In this document: positions 1 to 12,311 of the stretch, piece by piece
Layout: each line of letters begins with the position of its first letter
Position numbering within the stretch: the first letter of the stretch is position 1
DNA from: Eledone cirrhosa
Taxonomy: Eukaryota
Assembly: GCA_964016885.1 (NCBI GenBank)
Contig: OZ024747.1
Location: 44,020,001-44,084,000, forward strand
Reading direction: 5' to 3'
DNA length: 64,000 nt
Position numbers and translations under genes: made by a program
The notes under the pieces: generated by a model
What the model was told of the DNA's origin: nothing
Seen by the model: the letters and a program-made list of their open reading frames with translations, nothing else
The model's database searches: none

Positions 1-440
1 GTTGTATGATGTAGTGTGGTATAGTGTGAGGAATTGTAGTGTAGTGTAATATAGTGCGGTGTAGTGTAATGTGGTATAGTGTGGTGTGTTGTTGCTTATG
101 GCAGTGTAGTTTAGTGTGATGTGGTGCTATGTGGTGTAGTGTGGTGTAGCGCTGTAGTGTAGTGTGGTGCTATGTGGTGCTATGTGGTGTAGTGTGGTGT
201 AGCGCTGTAGTGTAGTGTGGTGTAGTGTGTAGTGGTATAGTGTGATGTTATATAATGTAAATAAGGTGTAGCGGTATAGTGTGGTGTGGTGTAATACGGT
301 GCTGTATAATATGGTGTGGTGTTGAATAATTATGGTATGGTGTGATGTGGTGCTATGTGGTGTAGTGTGGTCTGATGTTGTGTGATGTGGTACGTAGCGG
401 TGTGATGTGGTGTAGTGTACTGCGGTATAATGTGGTGTGA
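1..440. repeat. Degenerate pentanucleotide repeat (GTAGT/GTGGT/GTGAT)n
   Basis: Repeating gtagt/gtggt/gtgat units run to the window edge. Confidence 0.85.
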
Positions 441-634
441 AACTAACAGCTCAACTTCTATCTAACATAAATCAGAAGATATTTATTTCTAAGCAATTAT
501 AGCCTTTGATCATTTCTATAATTTTAACAAAATAGAAAATGAAGTGAAGAAAAAAGATATAACAATTAAAAATACCAATTTTCCAAAGAATACCTGAATA
601 TTCGAATTCATATGTGTGTATGTGTGTGTGAGTG

Positions 635-682
<48 letters not shown>

Positions 683-688
<6 letters not shown>

Positions 689-1690
689 AATTAGTATATC
701 TACTAACATATATATACAGATGCATACCTATGCCAGCAAATATATAGGTTTTGTCTTAGTAACTTTGTGGTTCAATGCAAGGGGATGCCGAACAATAATA
801 TGAAAAACGTAAAATAAGAAAATTATAAAAATTAACTTACTAAAATTTCACTCCAACTAATTAGTTTCTGAAAGGGAATAAACATGGTTTCCGAAGAAAC
901 GCACGGAGAAATCCTTTCGTCATCAGGGAAGTCTATTCTCAGCTAAGTTTCCAGGCAATGCGTGGACACAGGGAACTTATACAAAAATAATTCAGTGGAT
1001 GGAAAAAAGCAAAGCGTAGACTAAGTCCAGCAAATATATAGGTTTTGTCTGAGTAACTTTGTGGTTCAATGCAAGGGGATGCAGAACAATAATATGAAAG
1101 ACGTAAAATAAGAAATTTTAGTAAGTAAGTTAATTTTTATAATTTTCTTATTTTACGTCTTTCATATTATTGTTCGGCATCCCCTAGCATTGAACCACAA
1201 AGTTACTAAGACAAAACCTATATATTTGCTGGCATAGGTATGCATCTGTATATATATGTTAGTAGATATACTAATTCTTTATAATTATCTCCAAATTATT
1301 TTGTTGAGCAAAAATTTGCCAAAACTGCTACTATAGTTCATAGTAATGGTTCGGCTGCTGTCTTCTTAACACACCACTCCTCACTGATTAACCTCGAAGT
1401 CACGTGATTGATTCTTTTGAATTTGCCACCGACCGAGTAGGCAGTGATTTTTTCAATGTCTTGGAACTTAGTCCACGCTTTGCTATTTTCCATCCACTGA
1501 ATTATTTTTGTATAAGTTCCCTGTGTCCACGCATTGCCTGGAAACTTAGCTGAGAATAGACTTCCCTGATGACGAAAGGATTTCTCCGTGCGTTTCCTCG
1601 GAAACATTGTTTATTCCCTTTCAGAAACTAATTAGTTGGAGTGAAATTTTAGTAAGTAAGTTAATTTTTATAATTCTCTTATTTTACGTC

Positions 1691-1697
<7 letters not shown>
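683..1697. mobile_element. Non-autonomous PLE-like element: inverted partial copy plus ~531-bp partial tandem unit, two HHR motifs, in (TA)n
   Basis: 683-840 is the reverse complement of ~1125-1281. ~810-1027 is the reverse complement of ~1467-1697. 1113-1165 recurs directly at 1644-1697. CTGATGA (1566)...GAAAC att GTT (1601-1611) on +, mirror copy ~875-940 on -. (TA)n on both sides. Confidence 0.75.
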
Positions 1698-1731
<34 letters not shown>

Positions 1732-1831
1732 AATATAGATATAGAATATTCGAAAATATTCTGTATGTTTATAATAAACATTTTGAAGACCTAATCGCTA
1801 TAGAATAGAATACGTCACGTATTACAATTAG

Positions 1832-1920
1832 ATTCTCGATAAAAGCAAGGGAAGTAATCTACGCGTTTCATTCTTGTTAGAATTCATCAGGACTACATAT
1901 CCAGTGCTTTTATCGAGAAT
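1832..1920 (-). ncRNA. Type I hammerhead ribozyme (first of 8 minus-strand copies, period 300)
   Basis: Minus strand reads GTAGTC CTGATGA ATTCT aaca AGAAT GAAA CGCG TA GATTAC. Helix I, core, helix II, palindromic helix III and a GUA site are present, closed by a distal perfect 16-bp helix (1832-1847/1905-1920). Confidence 0.9.
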
Positions 1921-4454
1921 GACACAGCTAGAGACTTATAGAATACTTAGCTGTGTACAGGAACTGGTTTGAAAGAGCGGTTGCCGGTCCGGCAGAAATT
2001 AGAAATTGGAATAAATGCTCTGAAATAGCGATATATATGTGAATATAGATATAGAATATTCGAAAATATTCTGTATGTTTATAATAAACATTTTGAAGAC
2101 CTAATCGCTATAGAATAGAATACGTCACGTATTACAATTAGATTCTCGATAAAAGCAAGGGAAGTAATCTACGCGTTTCATTCTTGTTAGAATTCATCAG
2201 GACTACATATCCAGTGCTTTTATCGAGAATGACACAGCTAGAGACTTATAGAATACTTAGCTGTGTACAGGAACTGGTTTGAAAGAGCGGTTGCCGGTCC
2301 GGCAGAAATTAGAAATTGGAATAAATGCTCTGAAATAGCGATATATATGTGAATATAGATATAGAATATTCGAAAATATTCTGTATGTTTATAATAAACA
2401 TTTTGAAGACCTAATCGCTATAGAATAGAATACGTCACGTATTACAATTAGATTCTCGATAAAAGCAAGGGAAGTAATCTACGCGTTTCATTCTTGTTAG
2501 AATTCATCAGGACTACATATCCAGTGCTTTTATCGAGAATGACACAGCTAGAGACTTATAGAATACTTAGCTGTGTACAGGAACTGGTTTGAAAGAGCGG
2601 TTGCCGGTCCGGCAGAAATTAGAAATTGGAATAAATGCTCTGAAATAGCGATATATATGTGAATATAGATATAGAATATTCGAAAATATTCTGTATGTTT
2701 ATAATAAACATTTTGAAGACCTAATCGCTATAGAATAGAATACGTCACGTATTACAATTAGATTCTCGATAAAAGCAAGGGAAGTAATCTACGCGTTTCA
2801 TTCTTGTTAGAATTCATCAGGACTACATATCCAGTGCTTTTATCGAGAATGACACAGCTAGAGACTTATAGAATACTTAGCTGTGTACAGGAACTGGTTT
2901 GAAAGAGCGGTTGCCGGTCCGGCAGAAATTAGAAATTGGAATAAATGCTCTGAAATAGCGATATATATGTGAATATAGATATAGAATATTCGAAAATATT
3001 CTGTATGTTTATAATAAACATTTTGAAGACCTAATCGCTATAGAATAGAATACGTCACGTATTACAATTAGATTCTCGATAAAAGCAAGGGAAGTAATCT
3101 ACGCGTTTCATTCTTGTTAGAATTCATCAGGACTACATATCCAGTGCTTTTATCGAGAATGACACAGCTAGAGACTTATAGAATACTTAGCTGTGTACAG
3201 GAACTGGTTTGAAAGAGCGGTTGCCGGTCCGGCAGAAATTAGAAATTGGAATAAATGCTCTGAAATAGCGATATATATGTGAATATAGATATAGAATATT
3301 CGAAAATATTCTGTATGTTTATAATAAACATTTTGAAGACCTAATCGCTATAGAATAGAATACGTCACGTATTACAATTAGATTCTCGATAAAAGCAAGG
3401 GAAGTAATCTACGCGTTTCATTCTTGTTAGAATTCATCAGGACTACATATCCAGTGCTTTTATCGAGAATGACACAGCTAGAGACTTATAGAATACTTAG
3501 CTGTGTACAGGAACTGGTTTGAAAGAGCGGTTGCCGGTCCGGCAGAAATTAGAAATTGGAATAAATGCTCTGAAATAGCGATATATATGTGAATATAGAT
3601 ATAGAATATTCGAAAATATTCTGTATGTTTATAATAAACATTTTGAAGACCTAATCGCTATAGAATAGAATACGTCACGTATTACAATTAGATTTTCGAT
3701 AAAAGCAAGGGAAGTAATCTACGCGTTTCATTCTTGTTAGAATTCATCAGGACTACATATCCAGTGCTTTTATCGAGAATGACACAGCTAGAGACTTATA
3801 GAATACTTAGCTGTGTACAGGAACTGGTTTGAAAGAGCGGTTGCCGGTCCGGCAGAAATTAGAAATTGGAATAAATGCTCTGAAATAGCGATATATATGT
3901 GAATATAGATATAGAATATTCGAAAATATTCTGTATGTTTATAATAAACATTTTGAAGACCTAATCGCTATAGAATAGAATACGTCACGTATTACAATTA
4001 GATTCTCGATAAAAGCAAGGGAAGTAATCTACGCGTTTCATTCTTGTTAGAATTCATCAGGACTACATATCCAGTGCTTTATCGAGAATGACACAGCTAG
4101 AGACTTATAGAATACTTAGCTGTGTAGAGGAACTGGTTTGAAAGAGCGGTTGCCGGTCCGGCAGAAATTAGAAATTGGAATAAATGCTCTGAAATAGCGA
4201 TATATATGTGAATATAGATATAGAATATTCGAAAATATTGTAATACGTGACGTATTCTATTCTATAGCGATTAGGTCTTCAAAATGTTTATTATAAACAT
4301 ACAGAATATTTTCGAATATTCTATATCTATATTCACATATATATCGCTATTTCAGAGCATTTATTCCAATTTCTAATTTCTGCCGGACCGGCAACCGCTC
4401 TTTCAAACCAGTTCCTGTACACAGCTAAGTATTCTATAAGTCTCTAGCTGTGTC

Positions 4455-4543
4455 ATTCTCGATAAAAGCACTGGATATGTAGTCCTGATGAATTCTAACA
4501 AGAATGAAACGCGTAGATTACTTCCCTTGCTTTTATCGAGAAT
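4455..4543 (+). ncRNA. Type I hammerhead ribozyme (first of 3 plus-strand copies; also 4755-4843, 5055-5143)
   Basis: CTGATGA 4485-4491, GAAA 4506-4509, GTA 4513-4515. Same sequence as the minus-strand copies. Confidence 0.9.
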
Positions 4544-5294
4544 CTAATTGTAATACGTGACGTATTCTATTCTATAGCGATTAGGTCTTCAAAATGTTTA
4601 TTATAAACATACAGAATATTTTCGAATATTCTATATCTATATTCACATATATATCGCTATTTCAGAGCATTTATTCCAATTTCTAATTTCTGCCGGACCG
4701 GCAACCGCTCTTTCAAACCAGTTCCTGTACACAGCTAAGTATTCTATAAGTCTCTAGCTGTGTCATTCTCGATAAAAGCACTGGATATGTAGTCCTGATG
4801 AATTCTAACAAGAATGAAACGCGTAGATTACTTCCCTTGCTTTTATCGAGAATCTAATTGTAATACGTGACGTATTCTATTCTATAGCGATTAGGTCTTC
4901 AAAATGTTTATTATAAACATACAGAATATTTTCGAATATTCTATATCTATATTCACATATATATCGCTATTTCAGAGCATTTATTCCAATTTCTAATTTC
5001 TGCCGGACCGGCAACCGCTCTTTCAAACCAGTTCCTGTACACAGCTAAGTATTCTATAAGTCTCTAGCTGTGTCATTCTCGATAAAAGCACTGGATATGT
5101 AGTCCTGATGAATTCTAACAAGAATGAAACGCGTAGATTACTTCCCTTGCTTTTATCGAGAATCTAATTGTAATACGTGACGTATTCTATTCTATAGCGA
5201 TTAGGTCTTCAAAATGTTTATTATAAACATACAGAATATTTTCGAATATTCTATATCTATATTCACATATATATCGCTATTTCAGAGCATTTAT

Positions 5295-5375
<81 letters not shown>

Positions 5376-6228
5376 ATTTGATTAAAAGTTTAACAAGGTT
5401 CAATGAATTCATCAATGAATAAAGTTTCACAATAGATTGAATCACTCTACAGACGGTTTTCTGGAGTTAACCGTACTGTTAAGGTAATTTTCAAGGAGAT
5501 TCGGTGTGTAACAAGACTAGTCCTTTGAATTACAGGTACAGCTTACCTGACATGCTTTCAAACAGTTTCCCTCTATTCAAATTCACTCACAAACATGGGT
5601 TCACCCGAAAATGTTGTAAATGACATCGAATGCGGAGCTTAATGATTACAAAGTAAACCCTTTAACCATTCGGCCAAGCTGCATCCATTAAGAATGAGTA
5701 TTATCATTGCTAAAGATGATGTATCAAGCTAAGTATTTAACCACATAGCCACATGGTACGCTGAACCAGCGTTTTCTGTCATTGTTTATAGGGGTTGTGA
5801 TATTTCTATGTCTGAAAATTGTTGGTCTTAAAATTTGAAATTTTTCAGAGTAGTAAACTCATGTTTAGAGATTCGCAACTTTTACTTCTCTGATGATCAT
5901 TTGATTGTTTCATTCCTGAATATGTACTTGGTATTTCAATAGATTTAAGCTAAAAACGTTCATTTCTAAATTAAAAACACTAATGCCCTTAAAAACGAAG
6001 TTACTAATGAATGCATTGAGGTGAACCCAGGTAAAATAAGAGATGGGAAAGATATATTTCAAAACTTCCTTATTTATTAGGCTGTTATCAGCTTATTAAA
6101 TATGGTCATAAGCAGATATTGTACATATCTCTGTATAAGACATTGGTTGAGGATAAGATGTCAAACAGACCGATACTTATAAAAGATATAAATATTAGAT
6201 ATATATCACCAAGATGAAATGTTGCAGC

Positions 6229-6490
6229 TTCTTCTTCTTCTTCTTCTTCTTCTTCTTCTTCTTCTTCTTCTTCTTCTTCTTCTTCTTCTTCTTCTTCTTC
6301 TTCTTCTTCTTCTTCTTCTTCTCGTGGGGCCAGAGTCCTCAAACACTCCTTCCGGTGGGTTCTGTCAGAGGCACCAGACTTCAATTGATCCGGCTGGATC
6401 CCCAAGTGAGACCAGCCAAGCTCATGGACGTTACCCAACCATCTTGCTCGGTGTGACCAGCCAAGCTCATGGATGTTATCCAACCATCTT
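6229..6490 (-). mobile_element. RTE-like LINE 3' end with (GAA)n tail
   Basis: Minus-strand translation WLGNVHELGWSHLGIQPDQL..ASDR..CLRTLAPR resembles RTE ORF C-termini and runs into (GAA)n. A short internal duplication lies at 6410-6490. Confidence 0.55.
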
Positions 6491-7036
6491 ATTTCAGAAA
6501 AATAATTTTTCGTTTTTAAGATATTAGTACAGATTTATATTGCCTGGTTTAAAGTTGCTATAGCATACCATGAGTCATCTGACACCTTACACTATGTCAT
6601 TTCTTCCCTATACCCCGTCACACCTACAATGTGTCATCCGACACCCCACACTGTTTCTTGTCCCCTATACACCTTCACACCTACCCTGTGTTCCTTTACA
6701 CCCTATAGTATACATATGATTCCCTTTACACCTGCACACATACCATGGGTCACCTGACTCCTTATACTAAACATTTAGCCCCCTCCCTCTATACACCTTC
6801 ACATGTTCATTTAAACACATTGAATTATTGAATATTACTTCAGGAACGAAAACTTTATCATAATTACATTAGCTTAATGAATTGCCTTGCAATCAATGTT
6901 ATTTGCGAAGTTAAACTTTTTGAAAATATTTCTTACCATTTATTTATATAAAAAATAAATTTAGTGGACAAATCTTAATTTTGAATCATTCATATGTACT
7001 ATTGAGCGGATACAAATGTATTGCGTGAATACACAC

Positions 7037-7082
<46 letters not shown>

Positions 7083-7090
7083 TCATACAT

Positions 7091-7158
<68 letters not shown>

Positions 7159-7193
7159 TCATACATATATATATATTTATATTTATATACATT

Positions 7194-7268
<75 letters not shown>

Positions 7269-7725
7269 GTGTGTGTGTGTGTATAATCATGTCTGTTTGT
7301 GTATGCGTATATATGTATGCGTGTTTGTACATGAGAAACAAGTGTATTTTCTGCATGCATTTATGCCTATATACAGTGTAAATGTAGTCCTGTTTGATTG
7401 CATATTCATCTAGAACATGTTATGCATTGCATGTGGGAAATTTGATAGACTCACCGAATTAATACCAATACTACTGACCATAATAGTACCAACGTCACAA
7501 ATAAAAACAACACCAACTACCTCAACAACCACATTATATGAAATCATTTGGTTGCTTTGCATATAATCAAATAAACATGTAAATCTTTCTGGAGATATAT
7601 GTGAAAGTCTCGTTGATTTAATCCAAAGAAACCGTTGTATGAAATATTCATTATATTTCAAATGAAAATTCATTTGCACTTCAAACTAAGAGAAAGTATG
7701 TGTATATTTATGTGCATATATGTTG

Positions 7726-7822
<97 letters not shown>

Positions 7823-7835
7823 ATATGTATATATA

Positions 7836-7903
<68 letters not shown>

Positions 7904-7917
7904 CAACGTATATGCAC

Positions 7918-7962
<45 letters not shown>

Positions 7963-8025
7963 TGTGTCTGAGTGTGTGTGTGTATGTATGTATGTATGTA
8001 TATATGTATACATACATACATACAT

Positions 8026-8113
<88 letters not shown>

Positions 8114-8180
8114 GTGTGTGTGTGTGATAAATCTTTAAGTGTTCATCATCAAAGCCTTTGTTAACTGTGACAATTCTCAT

Positions 8181-8282
<102 letters not shown>

Positions 8283-8812
8283 CGATGCAGTAAAGGGGCA
8301 GCTAGCTACAGTTTTCTCTGTAGTATAGTGGCGAGGCTGCCGCCGGCAGGATTGTAGTTGATGGTGTGGGGGAAGATATGCTGAAATATAATATAAAAAA
8401 TATATGAATACAAAACAAGCATTGAGTAAGTTATGGTCGTGAGGACTGTCTTTGTTATAGCAAATCAATACTCTGTTCAATATGCATAGAAATAATCATA
8501 TACGAATTAAATTCCTACTCCCTCATACATGTAAGATTTATTTTAAACGTAACAGAAATTCCTAAAGTTTTTCATATTTATTCATTTATTTAATTATATA
8601 TTTTTTCTGTGTGGTTTGGTAATTGGAGAAAGGAGCATACCTACATATGTTGGTGTGTGTTTAAATTGTGTCCCCTATATGTGTTATATATTTGTCTACG
8701 AATCACTCTGTGTTTGTGTCTATGTGTTTGTCTGTCTCCCAGAGCGCCACTCTGTACGTTTATGCGACTATATTTGTCTGTTTGACACTGCCTTGGTATG
8801 TGAGCGTTTCAT

Positions 8813-8843
<31 letters not shown>

Positions 8844-8844
8844 G

Positions 8845-8877
<33 letters not shown>

Positions 8878-8882
8878 ATACA

Positions 8883-8964
<82 letters not shown>

Positions 8965-8966
8965 GG

Positions 8967-9153
8967 AAAAAGTATGACCCCAACGGCAGAGCTCAAGCCG
9001 TTTCGACGGCTATTTCTGTCCAGAAATAACCGTCGAAACGGCTTGAGCTCTACCGTCGGGTCATACTTTTTTCTATTACCCACTCTACTACCCTAAGTAT
9101 TGAGTACTCTGGTGCGTTATGGTCCATCTGGTTCCTTACCACAATTCCTTCGT

Positions 9154-9155
<2 letters not shown>
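8967..9155. mobile_element. Fold-back element carrying the 3' half of a hammerhead (family also at 9331-9432, 20161-20353, fragment 59476-59500)
   Basis: Near-perfect palindrome ~8967-9072 followed by a tail ending ttccttcgtta-(TA)n. The same sequence recurs at three other loci, each next to (TA)n. Confidence 0.75.
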
Positions 9156-9209
<54 letters not shown>

Positions 9210-9289
9210 GAAATGCACAACATACCAATACACAGACAAATATAGTCACATAAACATAAACGTACAGAGTGGCGCATATATATATATGT

Positions 9290-9332
<43 letters not shown>

Positions 9333-9432
9333 ACGAACGAGGTGTGGTAAGGAACCAGTAGAATGGGTAATAGGAAAATATTTGACTCCGTCGAAACGGT
9401 TTGAGCTCTGCCGTCGGGGTCAAACATTTTCC

Positions 9433-9471
<39 letters not shown>

Positions 9472-9946
9472 ATGTATATATATATATATAGGTAGATATA
9501 GATATATATAGGTAGATATAGATATATATAGGTAGATATAGATATATATATAGATATAGACATATATTATAGATATAGACATATACATATACACATATAT
9601 GTGCGTGCGGTGAGGGGGGGGGGGGGCATTGTCTTCTATTCATTTGCTATCATGATTGGTCGAGATTATTATTTGTTGAAAATTTGTTCTTAAGATTTAG
9701 AGTGTACTTTTCTACTTTTCAAATAATTCCCTCACCGTGATTTCATTATTCCCAAAACATAAAGTACAGCTATCGGTATATGTATGCATGTATGTGTTTG
9801 CGTGTGTGTTTCTACTTATGCTTGAGGTTATGCAATTATATGGATAAACATATGCGCACTACTCGCACACACACACACATACACACACACACATACACAT
9901 ACACACACACATACACGCGCGCGAATATGTATATTGAGAGAGAGAG

Positions 9947-9993
<47 letters not shown>

Positions 9994-9994
9994 C

Positions 9995-10069
<75 letters not shown>

Positions 10070-10601
10070 AAGGGGCATCGTCTTGGCTCTAAGGTAAAGG
10101 AGTTCCCTTTGCAACTATGTGATTCTGGTTTCAGTGTGTGTATGCGCCGCGCTTGTGTGTATGTGTAGGTCTATCCGAATCTGTGTCTATGTCCAGTAAC
10201 CAATGAACGACAAAATAGAACTATAAAATATGTAATCCGAATGAACATCTCTTCAACATTGGGCATATGAAAAAGAAGAAAAAAAATCAGTGTTAACATT
10301 TTCAGCGTCTGTCTGGTGACAATGCATTAAATGACTATTACATAATATATTAATGGTTTTGAAATGTGCATAATGGATGTATTGCAAGACAATAGACCGA
10401 AGTGTAATATGTATGTGTATATATATCTATATATATTTCAGCCAGAAAGTTATTTGTCACTCGTATTCTTGGACATTTCAATAAAAATAATCAGAGAAGC
10501 ATTTGAAGTATAGTTTATCTATATGTATATGTATACTTTTTTTTACACTTTTACCTGTTCCAACCATGCGGCTGAGGCCATGCTGAGACACCACCCTTGA
10601 G

Positions 10602-10696
10602 AAAAATTTGGAACGCTTCACGAATTTGCGTGTCTTCCTTGCGCAGGAGCCATGCTAACATTCTCTGTATCGTTCCAATTTTAGTAAATGTACTCC

Positions 10697-10698
<2 letters not shown>
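10602..10698 (-). pseudogene. U6: U6 snRNA pseudogene, 5'-truncated
   Basis: Minus strand ...TACTAAAATTGGAACGATACAGAGAATGTTAGCATGGCTCCTGCGCAAGGAAGACACGCAAATTCGTGAAGCGTTCCAAATTTTT matches metazoan U6 (ACAGAGA box, AGC triad). The first ~10 nt are replaced by (TA)n, and GGATGAC>GGAAGAC alters the bulged U of the internal stem-loop. Confidence 0.9.
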
Positions 10699-10740
<42 letters not shown>

Positions 10741-10744
<4 letters not shown>

Positions 10745-10931
10745 CTGTTTCTACTTTAGGCACAAGGCCAGCAATTACCCAGTGCATTACTGGTACTTTA
10801 TTTTATCGACCCCGTAAGGATGAAAGGCAAAGTCAACTTCGGCGGGATTTGAACTCAGATCGTAAAGGGACGTAACTATACGTCAAAGCATGGCGTCCGA
10901 CCCTCTACCGATACTGCCAATCCACCGCCCT
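10741..10931 (-). mobile_element. tRNA-derived SINE, family A (~190 bp)
   Basis: Head AGGGCGGTGGATTGGCAGTATCGG (A-box-like), B-box-like GAGTTCAAATCCC, tail AGTAGAAACAATTAT. More than 15 copies in the window. Confidence 0.88.
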
Positions 10932-10995
10932 ATAACAATATTTGTTTCGACACACGATTTCATATAAAAAACCTCGCAAAACTAATTCATCGCCG

Positions 10996-11093
<98 letters not shown>

Positions 11094-11158
11094 CGGCGAT
11101 GAATTAGTTTTGCGAGGTTTTTTATATGAAATCGTGTGTCGAAACAAATATTGTTATA
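10931..11158. repeat. Perfect ~68-bp inverted repeat around a central (TA)n
   Basis: 10931-10998 is the reverse complement of 11091-11158. A related sequence lies at ~39240-39283. Confidence 0.9.
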
Positions 11159-11353
11159 CTTGGGGAGGGTCATATTGTGTAATATTGACAGAATTAATAA
11201 CAGAACACACTCACAGTTTGGTTGGTTTTCGCTTTTTGCTTCTGTGTCTTTTATATCGGTAATCTAATTTATTCGGTCCTCAATGTTGCCATTGAATGAC
11301 CGACGCTTAAAAATAATACAGATACAATATAGACACAAACATATATATATAGT

Positions 11354-11399
11354 TTATCAAAGTTCTTTCGTTGCACATCTGCAACATCGTCAGTGGTGC
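11354..11399 (-). ncRNA. Minimal hammerhead motif
   Basis: CTGACGA t GTTGCA gatg TGCAAC GAAAG aa CTT. Homologous to 39145-39190. Helix I is weak. Confidence 0.65.
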
Positions 11400-11801
11400 T
11401 ATTGTTTCCTCCCGTTACATTGTATTTTCTACGCCATCTTTATTTAGTCTGTTTATATATTTATTATATATATTATTCAAGGAATAATGAGAAAAACTCA
11501 ACAAAAAGAATAGCTGTTAAAACAGTAAAATACCGTAAATGGCGGCGTTGGGTAAAAATTATCTCAAAGGACAGAAATCAGTGGCTAGAAGTGTGTTGGC
11601 CCGCAGAAATAATAGGAAGAAAGAAGCAAAGAAATAAAATGAACGAGACAAGATCACACACACCCACATCTTTTAAACTCTTCAGCTCTGAAACCTGCTG
11701 TGATTTCGCACAATTTAATTTGAGAGGACCAAGTGCCGGCTCATGTAACAGAAAAATAAACTTTGTTTATATTTTTATCATTTATCTCGGTTTTCGTGTC
11801 A

Positions 11802-11913
<112 letters not shown>

Positions 11914-11954
11914 CAAATGATTCTATGGACATACTTTATAGTATATATATATAT

Positions 11955-12176
11955 TAGAATTGTAAGCTATCGCCGTATTTTTACTAAAGAAATTAAATAA
12001 ATTATTTAGCCTGATAGTGGGGTTAAGAACCCTCGGAGAAATGGAAAAAGATGAGTATCCGAGGGTTCTTAACCCCACTATCAGGCTAAATAATTTATTT
12101 AATTTCTTTAGTCAAAATACGGTGATAGCTACATTTCTATTAATTTGAAACCAACTCGCTGTTTCGAAAATATTAT

Positions 12177-12178
<2 letters not shown>
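11955..12178. mobile_element. Fold-back element in (TA)n, same family as 59530-59885 but without the tRNA-like head
   Basis: Arms ~11955-12038 and ~12057-12140 are reverse complements. The sequence is shared with 59570-59675. Confidence 0.75.
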
Positions 12179-12267
<89 letters not shown>

Positions 12268-12311
12268 TACTGGGAAAAATACTGTAATGTTGTCGCCCAT
12301 CACTAGCTGTA

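Larger units (their letters stand above)
1729..5300. repeat. 300-bp tandem array (retrozyme-like), ~8.4 units in one orientation then ~3.5 units inverted
   Basis: Exact 300-bp period. I saw only a few differences (~3695, a 1-bp deletion ~4080, ~4127). Orientation flips at ~4237-4240. Flanked by (TA)n at 1696-1728 and 5299-5342. Confidence 0.97.

Noticed and set aside
1729-5300. Ordinary centromeric satellite, or a 5S/tRNA gene array
   Set aside because: No recognisable structural-RNA gene. The ribozyme in every unit and the (TA)n-bounded inverted layout fit a retro-insertion better.
5889-5930. CTGATGA hits at ~5890, ~20708 (-) and ~46346
   Set aside because: No helix II plus GAAA partner; expected by chance.
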